A stretch of DNA of 64,000 nt from the human T2T-CHM13v2.0 reference genome, Homo sapiens: the NCBI RefSeq assembly GCF_009914755.1, contig NC_060927.1; one strand, written 5' to 3'. The position numbers and the translations under genes are program-made. Under the pieces are notes generated by a model. That model made no database searches. It saw nothing but the letters and a program-made list of their open reading frames with translations, and was not told where the DNA came from. This document shows, one piece after another, positions 44,135 to 60,593 of this stretch; within the stretch, counting starts at the first letter, position 1; every line of letters starts with the position of its first letter.

Positions 44135-45492
44135 CTCCCACTCTCACCATTTGATGTGCCTGCTCCCACTGCACCTTCTGCCATAAGTAAAAGCCCGTTG
44201 AGGCCTCCCCAGAAGCTGAGAAGATGCAGGTGCCATGCTTCCTGTACAGCCTGAAAAACCATGAACCAATTAAACCTATTTTCTTTATAAATCATCCAGT
44301 CTCAGGTATTTCTTTAAGCAATGTAAAGAATGGCCTAATACAGAAAATTGGTACCAGGAGTGGGATATTGCTATAAAGATACCTGAAAATGTGGAAGTGA
44401 TTTTGGAACTGGGTAACAGGCAGAGGTTAGAAAAGTTTGGAGGGCCTAAAAGAAGGCAAGAAGATGAGAGAAGGTTTGGAGTTTCTTAGAGACTGGTTAA
44501 ATAGTTGTGAGCAAAATGCTGATAGTAATATGGACAGTGAAGTTCAGGTTGATGAGATCTCAGATGGAAATTAGGAGCTTACTGGGAACTGGAGCGGAAG
44601 TCACCCTTGTTACACCTTAGCAGAGAACTTGGCTTTATTGTGTCCATGCCTAAGGGATCTATGGAAGTATGAACTCAAGAGTGGTGACTTAGGGTATCTG
44701 GTGAAAAAAAATTTCTAAGCAGCAGTGCATTTGAGATGTGTTCTGGCTGCTTCTAACAACCTTCATTCAGATGTGGTAGCAAATAAATGACTTAAAGTTG
44801 GAAGTTACATTTAAAGAGGAAGCAGAGCATAACAGTTTGGAAAATGTGCAGCCTGGCCATCTGTCAGAGAAAGAAAAAGCACTATCTGGAGAGGAATTCA
44901 AGAGGGCTCTGGAGCAACCACTTGATAGAGATATTATCCTGACTAAAAAGGAATCAAGTGCTAATAACCAAGACAATGGGAGAAAAGGCCTCAAAAGGGC
45001 ATTTCAGAGCTCGGTGAGGCAGGCTCTTCCATCACAGACCTAGAGGCCTAGGGGGAAAGAATGGTTTTGTAGGTCAGGCCCAGGGCCCTGCTGCCCTGTG
45101 CATCCTTGGGACATTGCTTTCTGCATCCAGGTTGCTCCAGCTCCAGCTTTAAGTCAAAGGGGCCCAGAGGGCACAAGCTGTAAACCTTGGTGGCTTCTAC
45201 ATGATGTTAAGCCTGTAGGTTCTCAGAATGCAAAAGTGAAGAAGGCTTGGGACCTCTACCTAGATTTCAGAGGATATATGGAAAAGCCTGGAAGTCCAAG
45301 CAGAAGACTACTGCAGGGGCAGAGCCCTTACAAGGAATCTCTACTAGGGAAGTGCAGAGGGGAACAAACTTTGGGTTTAGAGGCCTTACACAGAGTCCCC
45401 AGGGAACTGCCTAGTGGAGCTGTGGGAAGAGGGCTGCCACCTTCCAGACCCCAGAATGGTCGATTCACCAGGAGCTTGCATCCTGCACCTGG
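43898..45492 (+). mobile_element. MSTB-like MaLR: 5' LTR (43898-44342, contains (CT)n) plus truncated internal region
   Basis: tgatacagtttg..aaatctcatgttgaattgtaatcccc..ctaataca|gaaaattggtacc (MaLR internal start). Confidence 0.9.
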
Positions 45493-45846
45493 TGTAGACA
45501 AAGACTCTATAAAACATTTGAAAAGATATATTCTGAGCCAAATATGAGGGCCATGACTCATGACACAGCCCTGGGAGATCCTGAGAACATGTGTCCAAAG
45601 TGGTCAGGCTATAGCTTGATTTTATACATTTTAGGGAGACATAAGACATTGATCACTGCATTTAAGATGTATACTGGTTTGGTCTGGAAAGGGGGGGCAA
45701 TTTGAAGTGGGGACTTCCAGGTCAAAGATGGATTCAAGAATTTTCTAATTGGCAATTTTTTCAAAGAGTTATTATCTAAAGACCTGAATTCAATAGAAAG
45801 AAATGTCTGGGTTAAGATAAGGGATTGTGAAGACCAAGATTTTAAT
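45493..45846 (-). mobile_element. MER4-family (ERV1) LTR fragment
   Basis: ttctgagccaaatatgag..tgacacagccc..gatcctgagaacatgtg..tttatacattttagggagacat. Confidence 0.8.
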
Positions 45847-45848
45847 GT

Positions 45849-45855
45849 GTCTGTG

Positions 45856-45888
<33 letters not shown>

Positions 45889-45955
45889 TGTATAGAGAGA
45901 GAGTGAGAGAAAGATACATATATATATATATGTATTTCTGTTTTTCTGGAAATCT
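45849..45955. repeat. (TG)n(AG)n(TA)n tract plus probable MLT2 3' tail remnant
   Basis: Microsatellite is direct; ttctgtttttctggaaa resembles the MLT2 3' end. Confidence 0.7.
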
Positions 45956-46034
45956 CAGGTGTCCTCAGAGGAGAAGCTTCTCTCCTGTTCTTATTAATCC
46001 AGCGTGTAACCTTCTCATGTATACTCTATGAGCT

Positions 46035-46210
46035 ATAGATATAATGGAAAGAACATATAATTATGAGTCGGGAGACTTAGGTTCTAAGTCCTGAATTGTC
46101 TTCACTATTCTGCGAGAAGATCTGGAGCAAGTTGCATGTAATAGTCCTTCATTCTCTAAGCTAAAGAGATTGGCTAGGTGATATTTTAGTTCTCATCCAG
46201 CTTCTGTATT
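46035..46210 (+). mobile_element. MIR SINE
   Basis: ataatggaaagaaca..gagtcgggagacttaggttctaagtcctg. Confidence 0.7.
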
Positions 46211-46924
46211 TTCAATTTTAAAAAGTTTTATAGTCAGACATGTGACTTAAGGAAAATTTAAACATACTAAACTTTGTTTTATAGCATTGTACCACCTTAA
46301 CAGTTATAATAAACTTATAATCTGTTTATCACACTTTATTTCAGATCCGTATATAGCAACAGAAATTTGTTAAAACTGTGAGTTTTCAAGTCATGGCAAT
46401 ACAGAATTATTAACATCTAGTGTCGATAGGAACTATCACCTTTATATTCCCATTTCACACATGCAGAATATTTTATCTTATTATAAACAACTCCTAATGA
46501 CCAGAAAGCATTATCATTCCCTCCTTTTGTCCCAGCAGGGAAAATGCACCAAGAATACACAACAGGTAACTTATGGCAACACATTTTACATATTATTTCC
46601 TATATTTTGTTCTCAAGAGTAACCTGTGTACAACACCTCCTGGTTTCTCTGCTGTTAGGATACATTGTTAGACTCAAGTAATCCAAGTGTAATGGTGTTG
46701 ACTATATTTATAGAGATGTGATAATGTGCCTCAGGGATGGTCACAATCTAACAGCAAAGCAGGACACAGAGAAGATGTAAATCCTCAACTGAGTGCCAGA
46801 CGATGACAGAGAACAGCTTCAGAAATAGATTTGGGTAGACATCCCAGGCAAGTTTCTACCAATTAATTATGAGCAATGCCACCAACCATTCTTTTTTCTA
46901 ATTTCAAGTAATTTTTTTCCTTTT

Positions 46925-47470
46925 AAAAACATTATTGAGATATAATTTACATGCCATACAATTCACACATTTTTAGGGGTACACTTCAATGAATTTCAGT
47001 ATATTTAGAGAGTTTTACAACCATCCTCCAAATCTAATTTTAGAGCATTTCCAACACCCTAAAAAGAAACTTTATACTCACTTAACGTTACTCCCTATTC
47101 CCACTCCCAGCCCCAAGCAACCACTAATCTTTCTGTCTTGATTTATGTGCCTTTTCTTGACATTTCATGTAAATATTTATTTCATGAAATAATGTCATAT
47201 AAGCAATTTTGTTTGCCTTCTTTCACTGAGGGTAATGTTTTTGAGGTTTCTCCATGTCGTAGTGCTTTGTTCCTTTGTATTACTGAATAGTATTCAAGGA
47301 TATATCACATTTTGTTTGCCTGTTCATGAGTTGTTGCATATTTGGGTTGCTTCCACTCTTTGGCTTTTGAGAATAATGCTGTCATGAGCATGCATGTATG
47401 AGTCTATGTATGAGAACAAGTCATTCTTGACTTGATAGTTACAAATTTGAGGTTTGTAGCTAAGTTGGTT
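46925..47470 (-). mobile_element. L1MB/MC-like 3' end
   Basis: tattgagatataatttacatgccatacaattcac..gcaaccactaatct..ggttgcttccactctttggct. Confidence 0.85.
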
Positions 47471-47651
47471 TTTTGTTGTTGTTGTCATATAATAAATTTC
47501 AGGGAAATAAACAAGTATCCCTATACGTCTCACTCACTTCCATCCTGTTGGCAAGAGTGAAAACAATGGATTTTCAGAAATCAAATAGGCAGATGGGAGT
47601 AACCTTGGGGGCAGCCCCAGGAGTTTGCCAGGCATGGGAACATCATTTTTC

Positions 47652-47849
47652 TTTTTCTTTTTTTATGTTAATTTTTTATTATTATACTTTAAGTTCTAGG
47701 GTACATGTGCACAACGTGCAGGTTTGTTACGTATGTATACATGAGCCATGTTGGTGTGCTGCACCCATTAACTTGTCATTTACATTAGATATATCTCCTA
47801 ATGCTATCCCTCCCCCCTCCCCCACCCCATGACAGGCCCCAGTGTGTGA
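47652..47849 (-). mobile_element. Short (~200 bp) 5'-truncated L1PA 3' end
   Basis: tatactttaagttctagggtacatgtgcacaac..; perfect 16-bp TSD gggaacatcatttttc 47636-47651 / 47850-47865. Confidence 0.95.
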
Positions 47850-49028
47850 GGGAACATCATTTTTCAATTGTGTTGTAGAATAAAAAGGTTGAGAGTGGTT
47901 CTATTCAGTCACTGATTTGGATGCACTCATTTCTGGAGGATTTGTCTCTGAATGGACAAGAGAATTTTTCAGTGGACCTACAAAGGGAACGCTTTGGTTC
48001 TAGGCTGCTTCTTTGTCTCACTCAAAGCTAGGTCTAAGAATGACATTTTCCCTTTATATATGCTCAAGGAAGCTAGCATTCTATTGTCTTCTTTTTACAG
48101 ATCCTACTAGAGATTCATCTCTCAACTTTCCGCCTTCCCTAATCCAGAGATGACTGTGGAGCAGAACAGTCTCACTAGTTTTTCTCCCTCTGCTCACGAC
48201 TTAGGGTTTTATTATTAACTTCAATAGGTAAGGAGAATGAAAAACAAACAAAGCAACGTGGGCAGTGGCAACATTACCTCAGGACTGATAGCATCATAAT
48301 AGTAGTCATTCCCTGAGATACAATAAAATACAAAGAATCGCTTTCCTGTTTCATTCTAAAATATCCCTGTCAGCTTAGGCAGTTTCTCCTTTTTAATGAT
48401 TTCTGGTCAGTACTCTCATTCTTTCTTTCCTTGGAGTGGAGCTTCCCCTCTCCTCCCAGTGTTCTTTCAGCCCTTTCTTTTTAATAGTCCTTCTCTTTAG
48501 CACCCAGGACTGAAAAAGATAGATATAGGGCAGATACATGAATTATCTGAGATTTCTTCCAGTGGATTATGGGGACCCCAGGTGAACCTCAATCTTTTGG
48601 CTTTATTGTTCATCCTGATCATTCCTGCCACCTCTCCAGTAAATGCAGAAAAAATCAAATATGGTTAATCACGGACTGTAATCCAAACATCTTTGATCGT
48701 CCAATTGTCAGCCTATACTTTGAATACTGCCAGAGGTTACAGTGATTTTTTTTTTGCAATGACTTTTAAAGCATAGACTTCTTCCCTGAAGTCCTTTGTT
48801 AAGAATACTTTGGGTGAAAACTGATTACAGCTCTGATAATACTCCATGCCTGGGGCCAGTCATTGCCTGCTGCTTCTTCCCTGTGTTCCACAGTCATTCT
48901 AAACACAACACACAAGTCAGAGATTTGCCTTTGCTTTTGAAGGGCAGCATCCTTCAAACTTCCCAGAATTTCAGTGGTCATAATGGTGTCTTTAATAGGG
49001 GCAGAGAAACTAGCTAGTTAAGAGTATT

Positions 49029-49377
<349 letters not shown>

Positions 49378-49559
49378 TTAAAATAATATTACCCTACTAT
49401 GATACAGTGACATTGGCAGAGAGGTTTTGTGTTCACTCTTCTCTTTTTATTTTTCATTTAATTGGAGTTCTTTTGGTTCTTTCGTCAGTCAGCTCTGTGG
49501 TTGAGTGTTGGCTCTACTGAACTGCTGCATAGCCTTTGCAAGATTCTAAGACTAATAAA

Positions 49560-49669
49560 TAGGGTGATCAGCTGTCCTGGTTTGCTCGGGACTGAGGGGT
49601 TTCCTAGGACATGAGGCTTTCAATATGAAAGGTCAGAGTCCCAGGCAAATGGACAAGTTGGTTACCCTA
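49560..49669. mobile_element. MER81-like hAT-Blackjack MITE
   Basis: TIRs tagggtgatcagc..gttggttacccta; internal gtcctggtttgctcgggactgagggg. Confidence 0.8.
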
Positions 49670-49904
49670 TTAAAAACATGAAGGATTAAATGATACCTAT
49701 CTACAGGTTGTGGTGAGGATTCTGAGCCAGTAATAGAAAGCCTAGTAAAAATAAGTTTTAAATTAATGAAAACTGGTTTTATTCAATTTACTTTGATAGT
49801 CTTTCTACTTTTTTCTCCACTTGACATCTGCTTCAGTTGGTGAATCAAACCTTCCAGAAGACCAGAATCATATCAGTATGATTTTTTCAATGAAGATTTT
49901 TAAA

Positions 49905-50495
49905 AAAGTTTTTTAATTGTGGTAAAATGTACACAACATAACATTTACAATTTTAACCATTTGAAAATGCACAGTATAGGAGTGTTAAGTACATTCACAT
50001 TTGCTGTGCAGCCAATCTCTGGAACTCCTTTCATCGTGCAAAGCTGAACCTCTATACCCATTAAACAACAACTTCCCACTCCCCTCACCCCCTACCCCCT
50101 AGGAACCACCATTCTACTGTCTGTCTCTATGAATTTCATGTTAGGTACTTCATATAAGTGGAATAATGTAGTATTTGTCTTTTGTGACTGGATTATTTCA
50201 CTTTTCATGTGCTCAAGTTTCATCCATGTTGTATCATGTGTCAGAATTTTTTCTTTCCTTTTTACAGGCTGAATAATATCCCCCCCCACACACACATGCA
50301 CACACGTACACACATACACACACACACACACACTGTATTTTATTTATCCATTCATCCACCAATGGACACTTGGGTTATTTCTATCTTTTAGCTATTGTGA
50401 ATTATACTGCTATGAACACAGGTGTACAAATATCTCTTTGAGATCTTGCCTTTAATTCTTTTGAGTATATACCTAGAAGTGGAATTACTGGATGG
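49905..50495 (-). mobile_element. L1MA/MB 3' end with an internal (CA)-rich tract
   Basis: ttaattgtggtaaaatg..gttaagtacattcacatt..aaccaccattctact..tatacctagaagtggaattactggat. Confidence 0.9.
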
Positions 50496-51260
50496 ATTCA
50501 TGCTTCCTAACCTTTAATGTACATACAAATAATCTCAAAATCTTGTGGAGACGTAGACTCTTATTTAGTAAGAGTAATAACAGAGATTCTGTATTTATAA
50601 ACAGCACCCAGGTGATGGCCATGCCACTGTTGGGGAGATTATACTTTGAGATGCAAGGGCATAGAAAAAAGTAAAGTAGCTTGGAAGTGGAGAGACTTGA
50701 CTTATATACGATTCTGGCTCTGCCAGTGACTGGAGATATAACCATGGGTGTCACCTAAACTCTCTGGGCCTATTACACTATTTTAAAAGTGAAGGGCTTG
50801 GACTAGATGACTTATAAGGCCATTTTCTTCTGATATTCCTTGATATTACATCTGCCTAGGATAAGTTTTATTTTATTTTATACACTTGCAATAAAATACA
50901 CGGAAAATAACTCATGTGCTGTAGAACTGAAAGGATTGCTGTGGGTCTGGAGAACCATGAAAATTAGATCAATAATTATAAATTATCAGACCAATGAGGA
51001 AAAAAGAGCAAATAGACTTGCATAGAAAGTGGGGCCTTCTCAACTCTGTCAGTTCATATTTATGAAGGTATTTATCGACTTTACCCTAGGCTACTCTGGC
51101 AGCCATTTCTATTTAAGAGAAGAGGATGCAGAACAATTTTATGGTGAACTATAGGGAAAAAACTTTCATCTGAACTTCATTAAAAGGAGAGTGCCTCTAG
51201 TTACATGTAGTTTCTGATTCAAGGACAAGCAAGGTGAAGGAAAATGAACTAAAGGCTAGA

Positions 51261-51455
51261 GCAGTGTTGTACTGGTAAATGCTTTGCAATCAGCTGGGAG
51301 CGGGAAACCCTGATTTGTAGTATTCGCCAATGTGTAAATTATCCCACACATCTACTTTTCATTGACCAAAACAACACCAAAGGGTTAACAAAATTTCTGA
51401 AATTTTAACAATCAGCTTTCATAAGCTATTATAAGTCAGTTCTAACACACTACTG
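51261..51455. mobile_element. MER63-like hAT-Blackjack element
   Basis: TIRs cagtgttgtactgg..ctaacacactactg; ctgaaattttaacaatcagct. Confidence 0.7.
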
Positions 51456-51676
51456 AAAAGTAAGTTTTCTATAACTGACTTATTGAGATTAGATAAAAAA
51501 AAAACTCTTCTAATAATCACATTTTCCCCACTATTGCAGTAGTCCTCAATTCTGGCTGAATATTAAAATAATCAGGGTAATGTTTAAAAAGCAATAATGA
51601 GCAGGCTCCATCCCAACTCAACTAAATCAGAAATTTTGGGGGTAGAGGCAAAGGGAATTTTTGATGTTTAGCCAGG

Positions 51677-54730
<3,054 letters not shown>

Positions 54731-55177
54731 TATTTTAAAATTGTGGTATATTTACACAATGGCATGCTATTCAGCAACAGAAAGGAATAAACTGCTGATA
54801 CAGCCCACAACACAGGGGAATCTAAGAAACATGTTGCATCAAAGAAGCTCAACACTGAAGAGTATACATTGCATGATTCCAGTGATAAGTTTTGCCAGAT
54901 ATACATCAATTACTACTCCACAGTCAATTATTATGACCAAGGAAATGAACACACACCCGATCCTCTAAGTTTCCTTGTGCCCTTTCCTACTTTCTTCCTC
55001 ATGCCACTACCTGTCCCACCACTTCTCCTTAGACAATCACTGGTATTTCTGTTATAGACTAGTTTGCATCCTCTAGAGTTTTACATGAATGGAATCATAC
55101 TCTATGTAATACTTGTTTGACTTCTTTTAATCGTAATTATTATTTAAGATTTATCGATGCTGCACATATTAATACAT

Positions 55178-55492
55178 TTGTTTTGTTTTGTTTTAATTTC
55201 TGAGATAAGGTCTTGCTCTGTCACCCAGGCTGGACTGCAGTGGTGAGATCACTGCTCACCGCAGCCTTGACCTCCTGGACTAAAGTCTTGATCTCCTGGA
55301 CCTCCCACCTCAGCCTCCCAAGTAGCTGGGACCACAGGTGCATGTCACCACGCCCTGCTAATTTTTATTTTTATTTTTTTGTGACAGGGTTTCACCATGC
55401 TACTCAGGCTGTTCTCAAACTCCTGAGCTCGAGCGATCTGTCTGTCTTGGCCCCCTGAAGGGATTACAGGTGTGAGCCACCACGCCTGGCCC
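55178..55492 (-). mobile_element. AluJ within an old antisense L1 3' fragment (~54900-55560)
   Basis: gcagccttgacctcctgg, ctcctgagctcgagcgatc (AluJ features). Confidence 0.9.
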
Positions 55493-55589
55493 AATTTGTT
55501 TCTTTGTATAACAGAGTAGCATGCTTTTGTATGGATATACCATCACTTATCTATTCACCTGTTTCCTCACACACTTTCACTGTTCAATA

Positions 55590-55985
55590 CTATCAGGTGA
55601 AGACTCTCAGGACACTCTCTGAAAACCTCGAGAGTCCTTCTTCCTGTAGCTGTCTCCACTTTAGTACTCTGCTTCGTATACTCCAGCCACATTGGCCTCC
55701 CTAGAATCCCAGCCCAGGGAGTTTATGAGGCTCCACCCAGGTTCCCCAACCTGTGTTGCAGCCTGGAATCTGCAGTCTGGGCACAATCACAGGCTTCATT
55801 TGATTTGTTTTTCTTTCTCAGAAATCACTGTCCTTGGTTGCCGGATGTCCATTTCCCACTTATTTGAACACCATTGCTCTCTCTCTTGCTCTCTCTCTCT
55901 CTCTTGCTCTCTCTCTCTATATATATTTTCATCTGGAGGGAGAAAAACTGGTTCCTGTTATTTCATTTTGGTTGGCAGCAAATGT
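55590..55985 (-). mobile_element. Old L1M 5'-end-like fragment
   Basis: gcagcctgga..ctgggcacaatcacaggc..atcactgtcctt..gatgtcca..tcctgttatttcattttgg. Confidence 0.55.
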
Positions 55986-56254
55986 TCCCTCAGTATGCCT
56001 TGGATAAGACTTGGATGTTTTCTAAATTCCCAACTTGATCTCAGTTAAGCAAGAAAATGACAAAGTTTTCATCTTTGGGACTCCTCAATATATGACAGTT
56101 TGGTTGAAAATCATGCTGTTATATAAGCCCCCATTCTGCTTTGCATATCTGTGAAGGCATCAATATCTAGAAGCTCTGTAAAGTGACTCCTCATATGATC
56201 TTCATAAAAAGGTATGCTTTCTGCTTTTTGTCCAGCCCACCCCACCCCACACAG

Positions 56255-56450
56255 AGGCATGGTATATTCAAACGACACTGGGACTGAGCATACGGAGTCA
56301 CAGGTTCTAGTTCCAGTGCTGCCTTTAATATACAGTCTGACCTTGGACAATTTTCTTTGCCTTTCTCAGCCTCAAATTTCCCATTTATAAAATGGTTTGG
56401 GGCGAGTAGAGTAATGACGTTTAATTCCCCTTCCAGCACTAAGATCCTTT
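56255..56450 (+). mobile_element. MIR SINE
   Basis: ggttctagttccag..tgaccttggacaa..gcctcaaatttcccatttataaaatgg. Confidence 0.8.
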
Positions 56451-57719
56451 GTTTCTAATTTGTGTCACGTCTCAGTCATTTCAATGTTGCTTGTGAAAAA
56501 GGGGGGCAAAGGGGGGCCCCAGTCATCTCACATCTCTTTCTTGCTGTGAACCAAGGCTGAGACTTTTTGAAGGATACCGAGTGATTCAATCCATCCTTGT
56601 TTCCTCTACTCTCTTTTGCTGTCTGCTAAGAATTGTGGTTTATGGTGGCTTTTACCTCCATGGTCCTCCAGGGACAGAAACAGGAGAGGCCGGAATTAGC
56701 AGAAAGCATCTCTTTTGCGGCCTGCTTCATTGAGAATGACTGGCTTTCCATTTGTCTTTGTTAGAAAAGCCAATCAGCAGACTTAGGACCCTGGGCTCTT
56801 TCACATTCTTTCTTGGCTGATCAGTGATTCATAGAGTCCATTAAAATGCCTGGATGACCAAGAGCTCAATTTTCCCAGATGAAGCCCGCTTGGCAGAAAA
56901 GAGGCTATTTCTCCCTTAGCAACCAGTGAAGAGTCAGCAATTTGTGGCATTCTGGAAGTACATCTTGGCACACTGTATTAACCTCTCTGGCACTGCCTGG
57001 TGGCCCTGGTCTGGCAGATAGCCAGCCAGCTTTCAGGTGCATGATCACTCAGGCATCGACGAGTGACCAGGGTGATGGTGCAGATTTACTTAGCAGAGGG
57101 GGCTTATTACTTCTAGGCTCTCTAGAAGAATATGCAAGAGCTGTTTATTGTGAGACATTTCCCACAGGGTGGAAGTTTAGGTGATTATACGCTTCCCTAT
57201 TCTAACATGTAGTTAGAAATATAGTGAGGTGATTTGTAAAATATGAAGGTTATCAAGTTTCTAAACAGCGAAACTGAAGGCTATTAAATGGGCTTCATAA
57301 TGGGTCTATCTCACTATAAACTCAGGGATGTGAATGGGCTTTGTAATTTAAAAGGTTCCCACGTAAATGTTAGTATTATTGTCCACTTTCCTGAGTTTCT
57401 GTATTTTCTAGTTTCTGATTCTGCTAAGGAAAAATGTTCTTTTAAATGTGTTTCTCAGTTGCCCACTGCCTGACCCAATTCCATTCTTGGTGTTGATGTT
57501 CCCTCTTACGCCTACATTTCCATTCCTGTCAGCTCAGGGATTCTGCTCCAGCCTCTCCTTTCTTCCTTTCTCCTGCCTCCAGGCTGACAGCTCTATTCAC
57601 CTGTAGAAAGTGGCTTCTGAGAGCTCTCTACTTCTCTGTTGCCCTCAGCTGCTCCTGAGGAGAACATGTGGTTCAGATCTGTCATTGCTGACGTGTTACA
57701 GGTCAGTTCTAGCTAAATC

Positions 57720-57970
57720 CTAACAATGACAACTGCAGCAGCAACCACTGCCTGAGCACCTAGCAGGGACCAGATCAATGTGTTCATTCCCTCCAAACCT
57801 CAGAACAACACTGTATAATATAATAATGTATAACAAGGTACACACTTATTATAGACATCGCATAAACCAGGAAACAAAAACTCAGAAGTTATATAACTTC
57901 CTTCAAGCAGAGCCAGCATTCCAACCCAAATCCATTTGTCTCCAGAGTTTACTGGATTTTTATAATACAA
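57720..57970 (-). mobile_element. MIR SINE
   Basis: ctgagcacctag..aggaaacaaaaactcagaagttatataactt..gcagagccagcattccaaccca. Confidence 0.65.
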
Positions 57971-59479
57971 AATGTTTCTCTTGGAGGTAGGCACTTTGCA
58001 TTTCACAGGATACTAACCAAATATCCACACTGAGTGAATAAGAGTAGGCTGGAAAGAGGGAAGAAAGAATCATGACCTAGAATTATCTTCACAATGAAGG
58101 TAAACCTACTTTCTCAGTACAGATAGGCAGCCCCAAGGAGGATTTTCTTGCGTAGTTAGTAAAGATAGGCTGGGATTTACTTCACTGATTTTCAATGCAG
58201 TTCTCACTCATTTAAAGGTAAAATTAATGTTACTAGCTTCTGTAAGGTAGATGCTGTAGTAGACGCTTTCATATACAAGGCCACTTACAATCAAAGTATT
58301 ACAAAGATACATACAATTAGATTTCAAGATTGGTGGATATGGGACACTCAATATCCTTCAATAAGGAATAATATTTCAATCATCATTTAGCAGAAGGCAC
58401 AGAAGGATTTGAATTACAAATTTTAAAAATAGAGGGATGTTTTCATAATTAAAATAAAATTCATCAAGTGGCTTCATTTAGACACTTAAAAACTGTGACC
58501 TTAGGATGACATGCTATTTTCTATTCAATAATTCAAGTAGACCTTAACCTTCTGTCTAGATTTTGCATATATGAAGTGTCTCAGAAATACACTGTTAATA
58601 GCTAGAGCAAGGACAATGATAATGAAATCTACATAACGATATTTTAATGGCACCTTTCACAAAGGCATTTTTGTTTTCTTAGAAGAGTGATTATTCAGAC
58701 TATTTTGGGATAGGTCAAACTCTCTTGACAACAGGGTTTTCAGAGGTGAGCCCCTCAGTGGGAAAGTTTACTGATAAAACTGTGAGTTTCTGTTTGACAT
58801 CAATTTGACATGTTGCAACCTTCATTCCTAACTCCACAGGACGAAACTTTCTGGGGGAAGATAAATTGTTTAGTGAATAACGTAAGGATGCTTACTTATT
58901 TAAAAGGTGCACAGTATCTGATAACATAAAGTATTTGAGTTTTCTGATCCTCTGATTCAATGGGCATTTTCCAGAAGATTGTCAATAACATTCAAGGAGC
59001 ACTTTTCTGCTTCTTTCTGCATATATAAAGGTTTTGGATTTTGTTACCTAATGCCCTGCTTCATCCTTGGATATAGAGCACAAATATATTTTTCTTTAAT
59101 CCTTAACCTACTAGCTTCTTATTTAATGAAGCCCAGTTCCAAACAGATTTTCAGAGGTTTTAAATTCTCCAAATGGGATTTTCGTAAAATTCTAGCCTCT
59201 CCAGTAACTCCAGTGTCTTCCTCAAAGCCACTCCACATCATTCTTACAATTATAGTAAAAATATTGTCTTTGCCCTGTAAATTCAGCAGCAAGGCTAAGA
59301 CTGAAAAGCCACTTGGTTATGATATAAATTCTAGAGCTGCTACCAGTTAAGTCATCTCAGACACATTTATGCTTTTGAAAACTTATTTACATTAATTTAC
59401 TAACAATATACTCTTCATTTGTCATCAATATGTCTGGAGATGGAAGCAATTACATAGTATCCAAAGAATAAGGTAGAAA

Positions 59480-60005
59480 TTTCAAATCACCATCATGTAT
59501 ACCTTACTCTGGCATTCAAAGCTCTCCACAGCTGACAACAATCTAGCTTTCTGGCAACGTGTCTCACGTTTCCACACACTTCACGCTCCAGTCCTAAAAG
59601 ATTAACTCCTCATTCCACACTCACAGCCTATGCCTCTGACCCCTTGGCTTTTGCCATTTTTGTTCCTTCCACCTAGAAGATCATTTTGTGTACATCCTCC
59701 ATTAGTAACTATTGAACTTTTCCTATTTTAAGGCCTAGTTCCAAATCTACCCCAAATAATCACTATTCCTCAACCACAGTCAGCTGAAATTATGTGATTC
59801 CTTCCTAGGCTTTCCAAGCTCATTTCTATTCCATGTTTGTAACTTAATAAATTATTTTTTATTGGGACAGAAATTAATATAATTTATTTCAGAGTATTCC
59901 TGTCTCTATTACCAGACAGCAAGGTCATTGAGGGCAAATAGACTTCCTTGAGCATCTCTTTATCCCACCCAGGCCCTGATAGAGACCAGCTGAACTGAGC
60001 TGAAT
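59480..60005 (+). mobile_element. L2 3' portion
   Basis: ctggcattcaaagctctccac..tgttccttccacctagaa..tcctattttaaggcctagt..accagacagcaaggtcattgagggca. Confidence 0.7.
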
Positions 60006-60593
60006 TGATGATACAACTTATAGTGTAATCAAAGTCCACAAGAAGTATTTGCAGATAATAGCACAGAAGTGTCCTATAAGAGTCCAGAAGGTTACTCTTG
60101 GTCTGTTAGATGCTTTTCTTTGTTTAAACCACAACATCTGTAAAGTCAGATTCTTTCATTTGAAAATTTCACAGTAAATATGATAATTAGGTAATCCAAA
60201 TTGGCCTGTCATCGAAAAGGTCATTTCCGAGAAGAAAATCTTTATTATAATTAGTCTTAATGAAGCTTTATTTCTAAGGTTATTACCTTCTTCTGATTTG
60301 CTCTTTCTTTAATCTGGAATATTCTTTAACTGTTAAGAACACTTACAGTGTTAGCCCTACCAGATTTACATGGATGGATACCTTTCATTGGCAACACCAT
60401 CCCTTAACCCAGCTAGGGCTTAAAGGGATTTTAATTTGTTATCATCTTTCCTCCAGGTAAGGCTGTAGTTTGTGGTAGGTTAAGTAAACTGTCAAAAATG
60501 TTTATTTTTCATTTTCCTTTTCACAGTCTTTAAACATATTTAGTCATCACTTCCTGGGATTCTTCCTTAATTCTCTTGGAGCTTTCCTCTAAT

